A stretch of 64,000 nt of DNA from positions 248,248,001 to 248,312,000 of the forward strand of contig OZ024740.1 in NCBI GenBank assembly GCA_964016885.1, read 5' to 3'. Of the stretch, positions 12,197 to 26,220 are shown in pieces. The first letter of the stretch is position 1; each line of letters opens with the position of its first letter. Source of the DNA: Eledone cirrhosa. Lineage: Eukaryota. The notes beneath the pieces were generated by a model, which ran no database searches, was not told the origin of the DNA, and saw only the letters and a program-made list of their open reading frames with translations. A program made the translations under genes and the position numbers.

Positions 12197-14295
12197 TATA
12201 GCGAGATTACTGGTTGTATGAATGTAACAAAACGAGACAATGTTTGTGTATATAATATTTAATTAACGGTAGATAGAATACTTGACATGTCAAAGATAGA
12301 TGTTAGAATGAAACAAAGTTAGTAGTTACCGTTTTGATTGCCAGGCAAACGCGGCTGGCAGAGGGCGCCTGGCTAAGGCCAGGCGCCTGTTGGCCAAATT
12401 AATGGCAGAGCCAAATGAGAAGACTCTTGACCTGGTGCCGAAAAGGCAAAGAGAGAAAGGAAGCCTAAAGTTGTTAGTTTTATAGGGCTCTGACCGGAAG
12501 TTGCAGAAAGGGTTCCACTTCCCGTCTAGATCCTAATCAAAACAAGGGAGACAACCGCTACATAACCTTCCGCCAGAATTTTAGTGTATAAAAATCGAAA
12601 TGAAAATATGTAGCAAGTTGGCGAGAATGTTGTAACAGGCATGAAAATTACGACAAAAGAATGTTTGGAAAAATCAATGATAGATATCAAGGTAGCCAAC
12701 CGCTCTTGGCCAGAGAACGACTGGACATCCATCTATCCATCACCCAAAGATACAATGTAATAAAGTAAAAGTAATAGAAGAGCTCAAAGTTCAAAATATA
12801 GTTCACAGGTGTGCAATCACATGACAGCAGGAAAGAAAGTGTGTTCCAGAGAATGAATGCAGGTGGTTTCTGTTCTGTGGTATATCGTGAAATGTCCAAC
12901 CTCCGAATGGATTTTCTCACAGGAAGAGTGCTGCAAAAATGAATTCTCTGGCTTTGGTGAAGCTGTATTGATGTATTGCTGTTGCTGCTGCTGTTGTCTC
13001 GCTGAGTGAGCGTATTCGGTGTTTAAATTCACAGTAAAAAATTTTTTTTTAGAAAAAATGAGTTGCGCAAAGTGCTAGAAATAGTAGCCGAAGTTGATGG
13101 TCGATGTTGAGAATGCGTTGACCTGGAAGGGTCAAGAGGCCAGCGACCAGAGAAATAAGCATTCTTAATAAATGCGCGGTTATCAACTGTAAATTTACAT
13201 TGTAAATTTATAAACCGGCAAATAGAAGAATATAGCTTAAGGCTGAAGAATCCTTGGGGGAGAAATGCTATCTCTGGCGTGCGGCTGTCTGTGAGTAGAG
13301 ACATCTCAGTGAATCGAGAATTTATGCTGCCTACACGTGCCAATACAAGGTTGAAAAAAAATATTTCTAACGCGCGAGAAAATGATAGTGCAATTTTGAA
13401 AGTGACAATGATGAAAAAGAAAGGCTTCAATCAGCATAATTATAGGTGTGAACTTTGGAAAAAAACAAAAAACTAGAACGATGAAGAAAACGATGAACAA
13501 AAGGCAATGGTTCATCGAAAATAAATGTTCCTGTTGAAATGTTTTTTAAAGAATATCAAATTTCTTTTTTTTTTTTTGTGTTTTGAAAGAGTTCGTTGTA
13601 AGAAACGAGAAACATATATATATATCGTGAAATGTTTTTTTTTTGTTTTGAAAGTGTTCGTTGTAAGAAACGAGAAACATATATATATATATTGGTGAAA
13701 TGCGACAGTTAATTGATGCGTGAGAGAAAAAGTATGTCTGTGCGAATTCCACATGTGCGTGTGTGCGTGTCCTTGAGTATTTTCATAGTTTGTCGCTAAA
13801 TTTGCTGTGTATTCGTAATGTTACTCACAAAACCAGATGTGCTATTTTTTTCTTTTTTTTTGGGGGGGGGGGGGGGTGACCCTTATAGCGATGAACGGCT
13901 GCGTGTTCGTATCACGTCAGGGTTACCAATATAGCGAGATTACTGGTTGTATGAATGTAACAAAACGAGACAATGTTTGTGTATATAATATTTAATTAAC
14001 GGTAGATAGAATACTTGACATGTCAAAGATAGATGTTAGAATGAAACAAAGTTAGTAGTTACCGTTTTGATTGCCAGGCAAACGCGGCTGGCAGAGGGCG
14101 CCTGGCTAAGGCCAGGCGCCTGTTGGCCAAATTAATGGCAGAGCCAAATGAGAAGACTCTTGACCTGGTGCCGAAAAGGCAAAGAGAGAAAGGAAGCCTA
14201 AAGTTGTTAGTTTTATAGGGCTCTGACCGGAAGTTGCAGAAAGGGTTCCACTTCCCGTCTAGATCCTAATCAAAACAAGGGAGACAACCGCTACA
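12197..14295 (-). mobile_element. Non-autonomous LTR retrotransposon (family B), recent
   Basis: Two 366-bp LTRs (12197-12562, 13930-14295) that appear identical; TSD AAAT; PBS on minus strand at 13928 downward; purine tract GGCGGAAGG next to the other LTR. Confidence 0.93.
13897..13928 (-). promoter_or_regulatory. Extended tRNA-Trp primer-binding site (32 nt)
   Basis: Plus strand GGCTGCGTGTTCGTATCACGTCAGGGTTACCA matches the 3' 32 nt of metazoan tRNA-Trp as recalled (GGCTGCGTGTTCGAATCACGTCGGGGTCACCA) at 29/32, including CCA. Confidence 0.85.
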
Positions 14296-14749
14296 AAATC
14301 ATTATTATGTTACTCGTGTCTCAATAATATCTGTAATCCATGCTGCTGGAATTGGCGACCTGACGAAAGGAATATTGTAAATACAAAGATGGTAAATAGA
14401 TCGAGGGACCTTCCCTCACGTCTATGTCGACAAGACAATCCAACGAAGATACTATCATTTTACCACACTGGCAACTAACAACCTTCAATCATCTACCCCG
14501 TTAAAGTGGCGACGACTACTCATTCTATCCTGCTAAAATATATTGTTGAAACAAAAAATATATAAACATTGTCAGTCTAAAGAAACTTACATGTATACAC
14601 ATGCATATACGCGTCTACTGAGGACCAATTTCTGATGACAAGTTAGTTATATTAGTAATATTCTTGATATACAATGCCCTTAATTAGAAACACTTATTAG
14701 AAAGGAGTATTTAGGAAAAGTACAAAGAAGTTAGTACACATATAATAAT

Positions 14750-14937
14750 TGTTTCTACTTTTGGCACAAGGCCAGTAATTACCCAGTCATTACTGGTACT
14801 TTATTTTATCGACCCCGTAAGGATGAAAGGCAAAGTTAATCTCGACGGGATTTGAACTCAGACCGTAAAGGGACGTAACTATGCTGGAAAGCATGGAATC
14901 CGACCCTCTACCGATACTGCCAATCCACCGCCTTTAT
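14750..14937 (-). mobile_element. tRNA-derived SINE
   Basis: TSD ACATATAATAAT; A-box/B-box head on the minus strand. Copies at 22357-22425, 24678-24790, 25847-26029, 32965-33155. Confidence 0.85.
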
Positions 14938-14979
14938 ACATATAATAATATAAACAAATTATTGCTTACTAACAAATAT

Positions 14980-15468
14980 ATTTAATCCCCTAGCCTTTTC
15001 CGAAGCTAGGTATGTGACAGTCGTCATTATCTTAAAATTCATAGCGAAAGGCCTTAAAAATATTTAAAAATAAACATGCCGTATATTGTTAAATATACAA
15101 TAGGTACATTCATATGTATATCGCTATTTCAGAACACCAATGCAAATTTCTAATTGATGTTGGGCTGGCAACCGCTCTGTATGTTTTCAACAGCTCATAA
15201 ACATAATTCGATTTCTATAACAATCCGGCTTAGTTAGCTTCAGCAAAGCCGGAAGGATATGTAGCCTTGATAACCACTAAGAAGTGAGAAATGGTGGCAT
15301 CGTCGATTACTTCCCCCTGCCTTTGTTGAAGCTAGGTATGTGATGTCCGTCATTACTTTGAAATTTATAGTGAAAGGCCTTCACAATATTTAAAAATAAA
15401 CATACCGTATATTGTTAAATATACAATACGTACATTCATATGTATATCGCTATCTCGGAGCACCAATA
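14980..15468 (+). mobile_element. ~326-bp tandem non-coding element, 1.5 units (retrozyme-like family H4)
   Basis: GCTAGGTATG at 15005 and 15331. Ends ...GAGCACCAAT then (CA)n. Contains an HHR. Confidence 0.78.
15261..15310 (+). ncRNA. Type I hammerhead, U3-A8 variant (H4)
   Basis: GTAGCC-TTGATAA-c-CACT aaga AGTG-a-GAAA-TGGTGGCATCG-TC-GATTAC. Confidence 0.75.
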
Positions 15469-15478
15469 CACACACACG

Positions 15479-15634
<156 letters not shown>

Positions 15635-15739
15635 ACACACACACGCACACACGCACTCACACTCACACGCACACACATACACACACACGCACGCACACAC
15701 ACACATTTCGGTTATCTAAATCAAATGAATTAGCATAGT

Positions 15740-18296
15740 GTGTTTATTTATTTATTTGTATTTATTTACGATTTTCTAAATGACTAAGAATTTAAAAGTT
15801 ATTACTGTATCCAATCATCATAGAAATATCTAGTTTTCAATTGCTCTATGGCCCGGGAAAGGCGGATTGTTCACTTATTTACTTATTTCACTTATTTCAC
15901 ATATTTACTTATATAATAAAATGTTCTGATACGTCAATAAAGTCTAAAAGTGTGTTTGTATCAAGTTTATCAATGCCCTCGCAATACTTTAGCAAAGTAT
16001 TAGAATTAAGTGCTACCTAATAGCTTTCTTTAACAAGGCTAACGCTATAGTTTTAATGATGGTGCTTACGTACGGGCCTAATGTGTGTGTGTATAAGAGT
16101 ACAAATTTACTCTATATACAAAGCGTGCCATTGCTGAAGTACAGGAAGGGCGGCATTTGTACTTGTGACACGCGCTAAAGCTGTGAATAATGGATCTCTG
16201 CATGTCTTGTAGCTATCTAATCGGCTGATCCTATTAGAGCTATATGTGTGTGTATTCTGGTGGAAATGTTCTATGTCTACCTAGGGATGCTTTAACAATG
16301 GCATTAGTGTGCTCTAGGGTGTCTCTATCTTAGCGTGTATGTGGAATGGATATTAAAAACCAAGATCTACCCCTCTAGATCGTGAGAGGGTTTAAATGTG
16401 AGATATGTTTTATAGTTCCTGTATTTACACGAGGTAATAAGTTCACCCTTTTTTATTTAATAATTGATCCTTGGAAAACAGCATCTGGATCGTTTCCTCT
16501 GAGCAAAAATTGTATGGACGACGTCCTCCTGAGTAAGATTTGGCCTTGTAAAGTAGGCTCCATTTTAGATGATAGGGGATATCGTTGTCGTGAAGGTCAA
16601 AAATATGACCAGAAAGTGCTGTCACGTTTCGCCGGGCCGAGTTTCGAAATGAATGTTGATGTTGATAGTACCGTGTCTTGAATTCACAGACGGTTAGTCC
16701 AATGTAGGCTTTGTCGAATGTTCCGTCTTCACATTGCACTGGTAGACCACATTTTACTCCCGGCATCTATTGTTGAGAGGGCACAGTGATCTATCCGAAC
16801 AGTTGCACCCCGTAGTCTGCTCGCCACTAATATCATTGTTATTTCTGTTAGAGAGGAGTTTGGCATTGTTAGAGGAAGCGATATTTTGTGCTGTAAGAAA
16901 GTTTAACAGTGTTTCTGTTGATGATATTGTGGTACCAATGTTAAGGTGGGAGTGTTTGTCTAAAAGTCTGAGGAAGATCTTCCTTGGTGTGAAGACCTCG
17001 GCATTGTGAGAAGGATTAAACGACGTTATGTGGCGTGAGCGGCGGCGTCGCCTGCTGGATCCGCTAGTTACGCCTGGATAATAGGTAAGTTCCTCCTTGA
17101 AGCCGCTTTTTTTGAGGGCCTGGTTGTAGTGTGGCACGCATTCATTGAAGATTTTCTTATTTGAAGACAAGCGGAGGGAGATGTTTTTTAACCAAATTAT
17201 TAGTAATATTCCTTGGATGGTTGGAATAGCGGTGGATATAATGTAAGTTCTCATTCGGTTTCCTGTTGGGGTAGTACAAATTATTCTCCAAATTTAGTGT
17301 TACTTCCAAAAAGTTGGCACAGGTAAGCGACGTTTGTAGGGTGATTCTGAAATCTAAATCACGGAAGAATTTGGATGCGGTGTGTACGGACACGGTCCGT
17401 AATATTGGGGTTGTATCCTGTGAGAGTGACGAGTATATCACCTTTGTACAAACCTCCTCAGAACACAGTAAACTTTTCAATGAGCTTTTGAAGTATTAAC
17501 AGGCCTATGCGGTCCGTTTCCTTGGCCGAGGCGGTAGAACCCATACTAACGTCAAACGGTGAGTCTGAGGCTCTTTTTATCCAGGTAGAATTATCGAAGA
17601 GCAAAACGGTCTTCCTAGCGTGGAAGATGATTTCAATTTCTTGGTCGCTAATAGGTGTAATTGTTTTGGTATGTTCTATAGCAGCCAATAGATGTGGTTG
17701 GGCAATCGCGGCGTGGTAATTCGAGATGTCGAACTGGATAAATGTGGTATTCTCTTTATCATCGATACTCTTAAACCAGGAGATGACTTCCTGAGTATTA
17801 ATCCATAGGCTAAGCCTCGCATGTTGCTTTAATTTGAGTATAATACGATCCAGGGTCCTTTTCCTTATCTTCCCCATGTCCGACTTCGTCGGGTTTATAA
17901 GCCTGATAGTTGGTTTCCGATCGAAGTCGGATTTCAGGTCCTTGAGGGTGAAATAGGGTGTGCGAGGGTCGATAGGTTCAGTTCGATCGGAGGTGCTGAG
18001 TTTGGAGGTGGTGTTGCATCTCTCTATATTTATTTCGTTGATCATCGAAGGGTTGAATTTTCTATATGTAGAGGTCAGGCTGTTCCTAATTAGTGAGTGA
18101 TAACTGCCCGGTTGACGAAATACAAGTTTCTAGTTTTATCTGAATTCACAAGGATGTCATTGGTGCTTTTGTACTCCAATATCTTATTAGGGAGTTGTTG
18201 GAATCGGTTTTTTCTAGGCTTGAATTTTACTCCCTTGACCAGGTTGAATAGATCGATCTCAAATGTGGTTATCAAGAGCACATATTCCTTCGCCTT

Positions 18297-18298
<2 letters not shown>
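15740..18298 (-). mobile_element. Hydra-like PLE, frameshifted RT plus C-terminal GIY-YIG
   Basis: LVNSDKTRNLY; PYFTLKD..RLINPTKSDMGKI; FIQFDISNYH; FDVSMGS; GCNCSDRSLCPLNNRC; YIGLTVCEFKTRYYQH (ORFs 17458-18045, 17157-17480, 16754-17254, 16443-16766). Confidence 0.9.
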
Positions 18299-18361
<63 letters not shown>

Positions 18362-18364
<3 letters not shown>

Positions 18365-19320
18365 GGAAAAATTTGAACAGGAACAAAACAGAGAGGCAGT
18401 ACAACGAATGTTTATTAATTTCACGCTCTGGAGAGTGGGGTGGTGGTGGGGAACTACGTTTCGGGCATAAGCCCTTCCTCGGGTGAGAAGTGGGTGGGAA
18501 CAGAGTTCAAAGGGTGTGTAGGGGAGTGGTGGAGAGACATATAGCGAAAGGAAACGGTGCGAATGAAATTAAAAATAAAAATAAAAATAAAGCATGATCA
18601 AAATAAAAGGAATGAAAAAAAATATAAAAGCATGATCAAAATAAACTGAAATTAAAAGGGGGTAAAACAGGTGGTGGAAGGGTTTGGGGTGTGTAGGGGT
18701 GGTGGCGGGTGGAGTGGGGAGAGGGAGACGGGGTGTCCGAGCGGGGAGGGCTGAAGGTGGTGTGTGTGTGTAGGTGTACGTGTGTGTGTGTGTATGTGAA
18801 AGCAAGGGTTGGGGGAAGAACGGGGTTGCATGTTCAGGAAGAGGTGTGTGTGTGTGTGGGGGGGGGGGGTCGGAGTGTCTGTGCGTGTGTGGATAGAGGG
18901 GTGGGGGGAGAGGAATCAGGCGGCTGAGGGTGTAAATATGTGGTGGAAAGCACGTGTGTGTGGAGTTTAAGCGTGTTGTGGGTGTAGGTGGCGTGTGGGA
19001 GAAAAAAATTATTTTGGGTGTGTGTGTGGGTGAGTTATATAGGTGATTCCGTAAGAGGATGGTTGAAATGTTGGTAAATTCCTATGATGTTAGTAGATTC
19101 CGCGGTGGTCAAGTTCCACATACGAGTATTCCATGAAGAGATGGTCGGAAGAGGAGAGATGTGGGGTGCGCGCGCAACAGGAAGTGGTCAAGGCGGTGGG
19201 AGTGCTGTGTGTCTGTTTGTGCTGGAAGGTGGTCAGAGGGCATAGCAGCAGTCGGGTGGAATGGTAAAGGGGCGAAGATGGGTAGGTGTGAAAGTTGGAG
19301 TGAGGAGGGTGTGTGTGTGC
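18362..19320 (-). mobile_element. 3' UTR/pLTR of Neptune-like PLE
   Basis: Homologous to 61850-62766. Ends at (TA)n. Confidence 0.85.
18452..18486 (-). ncRNA. Minimal hammerhead, C4 variant
   Basis: Minus strand AC-CCGAGGA-a-GGGC ttat GCCC-GAAA-CG-TA-GT. Palindrome ACGT; stem I short. Confidence 0.62.
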
Positions 19321-19444
19321 TATTTCCTAATATCTGTTTCTTTTTGACCTTTGATTTTTTTTCCATTTTGGGTGTTTACTTTTCCCTGTACGAAGGAACA
19401 TTAATTGCTGTTTATATATTTTTTTTTATTTTAAACGTTTCACT

Positions 19445-19522
19445 ATGAATACGCCACATTTTCCCGCCTTTACCGGAAACCCTAAGCTGTGGTTCGCCCA
19501 GCTACAGGCGTATTTTACAAAC
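19445..19522 (+). pseudogene. Gypsy-type gag N-terminal fragment
   Basis: PAFTGNPKLWFAQLQAYF resembles the PxF..P.LWF.Q.E..F motif at the start of Gypsy gag. Confidence 0.55.
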
Positions 19523-19659
19523 AGAGATGGTAATGCAACGGAAAGAGATCTCACCGAACTTAAGTTAATAGATATCAGGGACTTGTTTCTCCTCTTCCTC
19601 TCTTTCCGTTGCATTACCATCTCTGTTTGTTTATAGGAAAATCTGCTTCGTAGAATCGA

Positions 19660-19754
19660 GACGTATCCGAGGACCGCGCGATTTCAGAGTCAGGTTTGAT
19701 CACCATATCGATCGTGCCTCGAGCTGGTCGCCCGAGAAACAATTGTAATATGTC
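19660..19754 (+). ncRNA. Type I hammerhead, long stem II, C4 variant (H1)
   Basis: GACGTAT-CCGAGGA-[62 nt]-GAAA-CAATTG-TA-ATATGTC. Element ends at (TA)n ~19878. Confidence 0.8.
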
Positions 19755-20557
19755 CAATAAATTCCTTTCGTCGCAACACTGATTCTCCTTTTTCTGTGAT
19801 ATCATACTCTGCTCTACTAGGGCATCGAGTGCTTATACGGCCTACCACATACGGACGCTTTATGCATCCAACACCAATTATATATATATATATGTATATG
19901 TGTGTATATGTGTATGTGTATTTGTAATATATATATATGTATGTGTGCGTGTGTGTATATATATAGGTTTCTTGGTGAGGAGGGTGACTTTGGACATCCT
20001 GCAGGACTAAAAACAAAACTTGTCAAATGGCAAAGGAGCTCTTAAGAGTCCATGGCCATCCAAAATCACCGGGAGAGATGACCCCTTAGCCTTTGTCAAG
20101 GCAGAATTCTAGGAGAAGGAAAACTCTGATATAGCACCTGCAACCCTGATGGTATCCAATGATGTTGACTTGTTCTTCTTTTTGGTAAATATCATCTTGG
20201 TTAAGAGAGTGGGACTGGCTTTGTGCAGTGCCTTTGATCACTATAAAAGCTTCACGACACAGGCATTGCTTTATATCTGGAGATCGCTCTGCACTTGTCG
20301 TCACATGGTACCATGGGCCCAGCACTATTTGTCAATAATTGTCACAGGTGTAGTGTTTGTACCAGAGTTTTCAAGTCGCTGGCTGAACTAAAAAGTCACA
20401 CTCGTTCAGCGCATCGGTAGGGGTTCTCCTACATGGATATAAAGTAGTGGCCGTACTCGAAAACGAGTTGGCAGCCACCATGTATATATATATATATATG
20501 TATGTATATGTATATATGTATATAAGTATGTGTATATGTATGTGGTTTGTATGTAAA

Positions 20558-20614
<57 letters not shown>

Positions 20615-20794
20615 TTTGAGTATATGCTGGTTGTTTACCGACACCTCAGTATGCAGATTGGAGCACTCGACAAAGTACGCAGGTTGGTTTGTTTACTCCA
20701 GGTGAACACACCCAGAAGCTGGACATATTGATGTATTGACAGAGTGAAACTCACTTCAACAACATGTGTACCTGTCTTTTCCACACTAATTCGG

Positions 20795-20849
20795 ACTGCC
20801 TGAAGAGGTCACAGCCAATAATGGCTGTCACTGAAATATATATAGCAGT
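20795..20849 (+). ncRNA. Type I hammerhead, canonical core (H5)
   Basis: ACTGC-CTGAAGA-gGTcACAGCCA ataa TGGCTGTcACt-GAAA-TATATA-TA-GCAGT. (TA)n 60 nt downstream; the same tail recurs at 22760-22818. Confidence 0.9.
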
Positions 20850-20905
20850 AAATCTATACTTTATAATAAACGAAGCCAAATTTTACATATTTGACGTACT
20901 TATTT

Positions 20906-20992
<87 letters not shown>

Positions 20993-20994
20993 AA

Positions 20995-21032
<38 letters not shown>

Positions 21033-21034
21033 AA

Positions 21035-21640
<606 letters not shown>

Positions 21641-21839
21641 CTATTAAAATTTGTATTATATTTATGTGCTGGGAGGAAAATGCTTCATAATAAGGGAGAA
21701 AAGTGTTTTCGCGTATGCATGTGTATGTACGTATATGGATGCGGGCATGTATATATTTAATTATTGTTGATTTCAATAACCTCGGTAATTTATTTACATT
21801 ATTCTTAACTCTGAAGCCGAGAATCACTCGGTTTCCTAA

Positions 21840-22117
21840 ATAGAAATTTAGTTTACGATTTCGTTTATACCATAAACGTGGTTTTGTCTTTGCGTGTAAT
21901 TATTCTCACAGCTCCACATAATGACGTATTATCTTCGTTTTTTCCGTTCATTGCCAGGGAACGTCTCCACGAACCACCTAAATAGAATATTTGTCTACGA
22001 CTTCATTTATACCATAAACGTGGTTTTGTCTTTGCGTGTAATTGTTCTCCTTGATCCACATAACGACGTATTATCTTCGTTTTTTCCGTTCTTTGCCAGG
22101 GAACATCTCCACGAACC
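21840..22117. repeat. ~140-bp tandem duplication
   Basis: TTTATACCATAAACGTGGTTTTGTCTTTGCGTGTAATT...CTCCACGAACCA occurs twice. Confidence 0.8.
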
Positions 22118-22420
22118 AAAGTATCGTCTTCCTGTCTTCCTTCAGTTGCAACGTTTTTCGAAATATTTACTTTTGCGTTCACAGATTGATTTTTTTAGTT
22201 GCAGAAGATCCCGTTAAGGGTGAAAGCAGCGATTCTTTGCTTTAACTTTAATCTGTTATTTTAATAAATATTTGCTCTACGGTTCTTATATATCTGATAT
22301 ATATTTATCCTTATCGAGCCCTCTTTGGATTTTAGTCTTCAAATTTATTATTATAACTTTGCCTTTCATCCTTACGGGGTCGATAAAATAAAGTACCAGC
22401 AATTAACCAGTGTATTACTG

Positions 22421-22476
<56 letters not shown>

Positions 22477-22811
22477 TATGAGTATTAAAGTGTGTGGGAG
22501 TGAGGGCTTATATGTGTGTGTGTGTAGACACCTGACCATAGCCATTGTTAGCTTAAGTGAACCTTAAAAATAAGGAGAGATACCCCCAGTTTGAACTTGT
22601 CTATAGAATTCTTTCTGCCTTTGTTACTATAAATATAGTTTTAAAGAATTTTTTTTTCTTTAAACCCATCAACCAATGACACCCACCCATCCCAATCACC
22701 ACCCTCTCCTACCACCAGAAAAGATATAAATACCACCATATTACTTGGACAGTCGGCTTCTATAGTTTATAATAAACGAAGCCAAATTTTACATATTTGA
22801 CTTACTTATTT

Positions 22812-22919
<108 letters not shown>

Positions 22920-23004
22920 TTGTGTGTGTGTATGTATATGTATGTATATGTTTCTGTATATGAATGTATATATATATATGTGAGTATATACGTGTGTATG
23001 GATG

Positions 23005-23069
<65 letters not shown>

Positions 23070-23070
<1 letters not shown>

Positions 23071-23665
23071 ATGAAATATATGGAGAATAGAAATGGCTGT
23101 GTAGTTGCTATTTAAGGTAGCTTAAAATGCAGTGGGAATACGAAGAAAGCAAGAACGGGGGGGGGGGGGTATTCCTCATCAGTTGTCTACTGGGCGTCTA
23201 AAATATTTCTACGCTTTAAAGACAAGATACCACTTCACCCCAGGGCGTCAATAACTGGATAAGTTATTGGGAAAACGAAGGAAGGGGTGAAGGAAAGCAA
23301 AGGGGAAGAAAATAGAAACAACAACCAAACAGCGAAAAAACCCCCACAAACCGAGCAATGTGCGAGCAACTATAGGTAGGAAATCCAAGACCACTCGATA
23401 ATAGAACTTAAGTTCGAGTAATCGAGAGAAAAGACACACCTCCGATCGCCGCAGTTGTAAGTGAGAAGAGAACTGCTAAACGGTCAGACGAGGGGGTGAA
23501 AGTGAGGGGAGAAAGGGAGAGGAAGAAAGTGGGGTAAGAGTAGATAGGGAGAATAGGAGGGGAAGAAAGAGGCGTGAGAGTAGAAAGTGGCGAACTTAAG
23601 TTCTACTATCGAGTGGTCTTGGATTTCCTACCTATAGTTGCTCGCACATTGCTCGGTTTGTGTTT
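23070..23665 (-). mobile_element. (TA)n-anchored pLTR-like element with internal inversion
   Basis: Related to 26260-26800 and 56740-57370. About 23345-23417 is inverted at 23591-23662. Confidence 0.55.
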
Positions 23666-24449
23666 TTGAAAAATGGCATGACCATCTTCCCGTTCCGCGG
23701 TGGAAAACCCCTCGTCTGAGATGCTACTTGCACCGACTCTTTCTGCAGCCGCAACCTGGTGCAGTCTGCGACTAACCCAGGTTCTGCTGCACGTCGGGCT
23801 GAGGAGGCCAAACTCCTCAAATACCGGTCGCTCTCCGATAGGTTTCTGGTGTCCTCGGCCCTACGGCTACCTCCCTACTCACCACCATAGGCGCTGAGCT
23901 GGCCAACCGCAGGTGTGAACCCCGCGAGTTAGAGTGGCTTTTCCAGCGCGTATCTCTTACCGTCCTCTGGGGAAACGCCTTCTACATCCTGTCCGCCTGG
24001 TCTCTGTGTGTGTCGCGTAACATTCCATATTTAAGTATGTGCACTGCCTAGTTTGCGGAGAGTCTGGAGAGCTAGTACACCTTGACATATGCTTGATAAA
24101 AAATACTTGTTGACCTGTGTATTTATTATGTAACTGACACGTGTTTCGTTAATATACAAGTGAGCGCATCTAATCCGACATATGTTTTCGGAGAATTCGA
24201 ATTCCAATAGTCTGCATCCACAGTTTTACATATCAGCTTGTCGAAGTCTAACGATGTTTTTATTCACGCAGGGAAATGTTTATATATAGAAAGAGAAGGT
24301 GTGTCGCTAAGGAGAAACGTAGATTGTATAAAGTCATAAAAGTTTGAAATATTAACAACTATACTGAGAGACGTAGATATGTAGTCTTATAGAGGAAATC
24401 TTAAGCAGTTATAACTCTATCATTAGCATTGATAGTAATATCATCATTA

Positions 24450-24677
24450 TTATTATTTTCTCCCCATGAGGCGGGGCTAATATAGTTAACAGAAGACTTA
24501 TCAATGGGAACATTAAGATGAGAAAATGATTTACTACTGCCTGATTAAAATGCCTGATGAAGAATACAGTAGTAGTGGCCTGAAACTGAGTAATGGCCTA
24601 CCAATTACCCTTTATTCAACAAATCAACAGCCAATTCTGTTAACTATGTTAGCCCCGCCTCAAGGGGAGAAAAAAAT
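24450..24677. mobile_element. Short pLTR relic with inverted ends and degenerate HHR (24550-24598)
   Basis: ~45-bp inverted ends. CTGATGA-AG...CT-GAAA-CTGAG-TA; stem I poorly paired. Confidence 0.5.
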
Positions 24678-24948
24678 TGTTTCTACTTTTGGCACAAGGC
24701 CAGCAATTACCCTAGTGCATTAATGGTACTTTATTTTATTGACCCCGTAAGAATGAAAGACAAAGTTAACTTCGGCGGGATTTGAACCATAACTCTATAA
24801 CATATGAAAAGCGATTCATATGTTGACACAGTCCTCCATTTCAAGCTACACCGATTCAAATAACGTAAACCTATTACTACAATCATCTCTATAGCATCTC
24901 TTTTCTCTCTCCCTCCCTCTCTCTCTCTATGTATATATTTACTATTAT

Positions 24949-26220
24949 TACTATATATATATAAAGTTGTAGTTCCTGTCTGTTTGTTCACGTACTCCTC
25001 CTATGGTTATGGGGGTCTATCTCCAAAACTATAGGAGGAGTTCGTGAACAAACAGACAGGAACTACAACTTTTGGAGATAGACCCCCATAACCATATATA
25101 TTCTGAAACTACATTGTCAAGGGTACTTGGATAAGTATATTTCATTTTAATCAAAGGGTTCCCCGGGGGCACAAGCCCCCGCTGAATTTTCCCTTCGATT
25201 GATATGAAATTTAAACCATAGGTAAATGACAAGATATGACTATTCACAAAATTCCAGTAAATTTCAATAATATTAAGACACCCTAATGGGGTTAAACCCC
25301 CTATAATGAAAATGTTGGCCAATAAATGGAACAAGATGTGTTGTAACAAGATTGCATGAGAACTTGATTGAAGCAACCATTATCTTCGGGGCTTACAAAG
25401 TTCAAGCTCTTCTCATTCCGAGGATTCCACTTATACCAAGTGATAGCGAGTTGTCTTTTACATTTAAGAGGCTGCAGTTCCCAGTGAGGCCATGCTTTGC
25501 CATGAACATCAATAAGATTCAAGGTCAAACTTTCAAAACTATTGGTATAGATCTGACAAACCCATGTTTCAGTCATAGCATGTTTTATGTGGTTGTTTCA
25601 AGGACTAGAACTTCAAAAAATCTCTACATTTTAGCCAATCAAGGAATGCTGTTTAACCCTGAAGTTCTTCATTAGGACAAAGTATGAAATATATTTTCAT
25701 GTATTTATTATATTAAAAAATAAATAATTAAACTTTGAATTTCTAATTTGAAAATAATGCTTTACACAAAAATGAAATAATCAAGTTTTGAATTGATATT
25801 TTGAAAATAATTATTTACAAGAAACAAAATAAGAATAAGATTTAATTGTTTCTACTTTTGGCACAAGGCCACCAATTACTCAGTGTATTACTGGTACTTT
25901 ATTTTATCGACCCTGTAAGGATGAAAGGCAAAGTTAACTTCGGCGGGATTTGAACTCAGACCTTAAAGGGCCGTAACTCTTTGTTGCAAAGCATGGCGTC
26001 TGACCCTCTACCGATACTGCCAATCCACCTAAGATTTAATAATGTATAATTTGATATATCACCAAAAATAATGTTTTCCAATTTTTCATGCATTACATTT
26101 TACATTGAGTAATATTGAAATCAGTTTTTCTCCATAAATTATATCACTGATTTAAAATCAATCATCATTTTCTTACAAAACAAATGTGTGAAAAGCAGCA
26201 AGGCGCGGGTAATTCGGCTA

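Larger units (their letters stand above)
11848..14537 (+). mobile_element. Solo LTR (family C) interrupted by a nested family B element
   Basis: TGTAGTGACC...TGCTAAA with ATAT on both sides. Its 5' part is homologous to the solo LTR at 30629-31165. Confidence 0.7.

Noticed and set aside
13897-13928. tRNA-Trp gene
   Set aside because: Only the 3' part is present, it includes CCA, and it abuts an LTR, so it is a PBS.
14628-14705. CTGATGA...GAAA
   Set aside because: No stem III or stem I in register.
16443-18298. Selenoprotein-type recoding as described for some Naiad PLEs
   Set aside because: The endonuclease is C-terminal, the breaks are mainly frameshifts, and I saw no convincing SECIS.
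22200-22245. CAGAAGA-tCCC..GGGt-GAAA hammerhead-like motif
   Set aside because: U4A change, and no UH site or stem I in register. At best a decayed relic.
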